Source: Octopus sinensis (lineage: Eukaryota). Taken from it: a stretch of 64,000 nt of DNA. The stretch lies in contig NC_043006.1 of assembly GCF_006345805.1 (NCBI RefSeq), positions 100,316,001 through 100,380,000 of the forward strand, written 5' to 3'. Position 1 is the stretch's first letter. The number at the start of each line of letters is the position of its first letter. The position numbers and the translations under genes are program-made. Of the stretch, positions 63,838 through 64,000 are shown in pieces. Below the pieces are notes generated by a model. It made no database searches, was not told where the DNA came from, and was given only the letters and a program-made list of their open reading frames with translations.

Positions 63838-64000
63838 GTGCAGTTTTGGCTGTGTGGTAACAAGCTTGGTTCCAAAACACATGGTCCTCAGTTCAGTCCC
63901 ACTCTGTGGTAACTTGGCATGTGTCTTCTGCTATAGCCTGAGACTAACCAAAGCCTTGTCAGTAGATTTTGTAGACATAAACTGAAAGAAATCAATTGTA
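63838..64000 (+). mobile_element. SINE family B, diverged 5' part running off the window
   Basis: TGGCTGTGTGGTAACAAGCTTG..GTTCAGTCCCAC..GTGTCTTCTGCTATAGCC. Confidence 0.8.

Overview
AT-rich, repeat-saturated eukaryotic genomic DNA. The SINE families, dense (TA)/(CA)/(TACA)/(TAA) microsatellites and R4/Dong LINE debris are typical of a coleoid cephalopod, probably Octopus (inference). No host protein-coding gene can be supported. Nearly all listed ORFs are microsatellite read-throughs or transposon remnants, so the window is intergenic or lies inside a large intron. It contains about 18 tRNA-derived SINEs from four families, eight R4/Dong-type LINE fragments (several abutting TAA repeats), an L1/Tx1-clade LINE 5' half, RTE and CR1/Jockey-like remnants, five Tc1/mariner-superfamily elements (two DD34D-type mariners plus a 3' fragment of a third, a DD37D maT, a DUF4817-type), MITE/foldback elements, a Helitron-like insertion, Penelope-like hammerhead remnants and a near-identical ~1 kb tandem duplication. 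The most notable structure is at 2581-5221. A TIR-bounded, TTAA-flanked DNA element carries two head-to-tail non-autonomous retroelements (one ORF1-only, one reduced to its two ends), separated and bounded by three copies of a 14-bp motif. Their 3' end is shared with the tail of a neighbouring SINE. This resembles the Xenopus Tx1L/Tx1D target-specific arrangement. All alignments were made by eye and coordinates of degraded elements are approximate.
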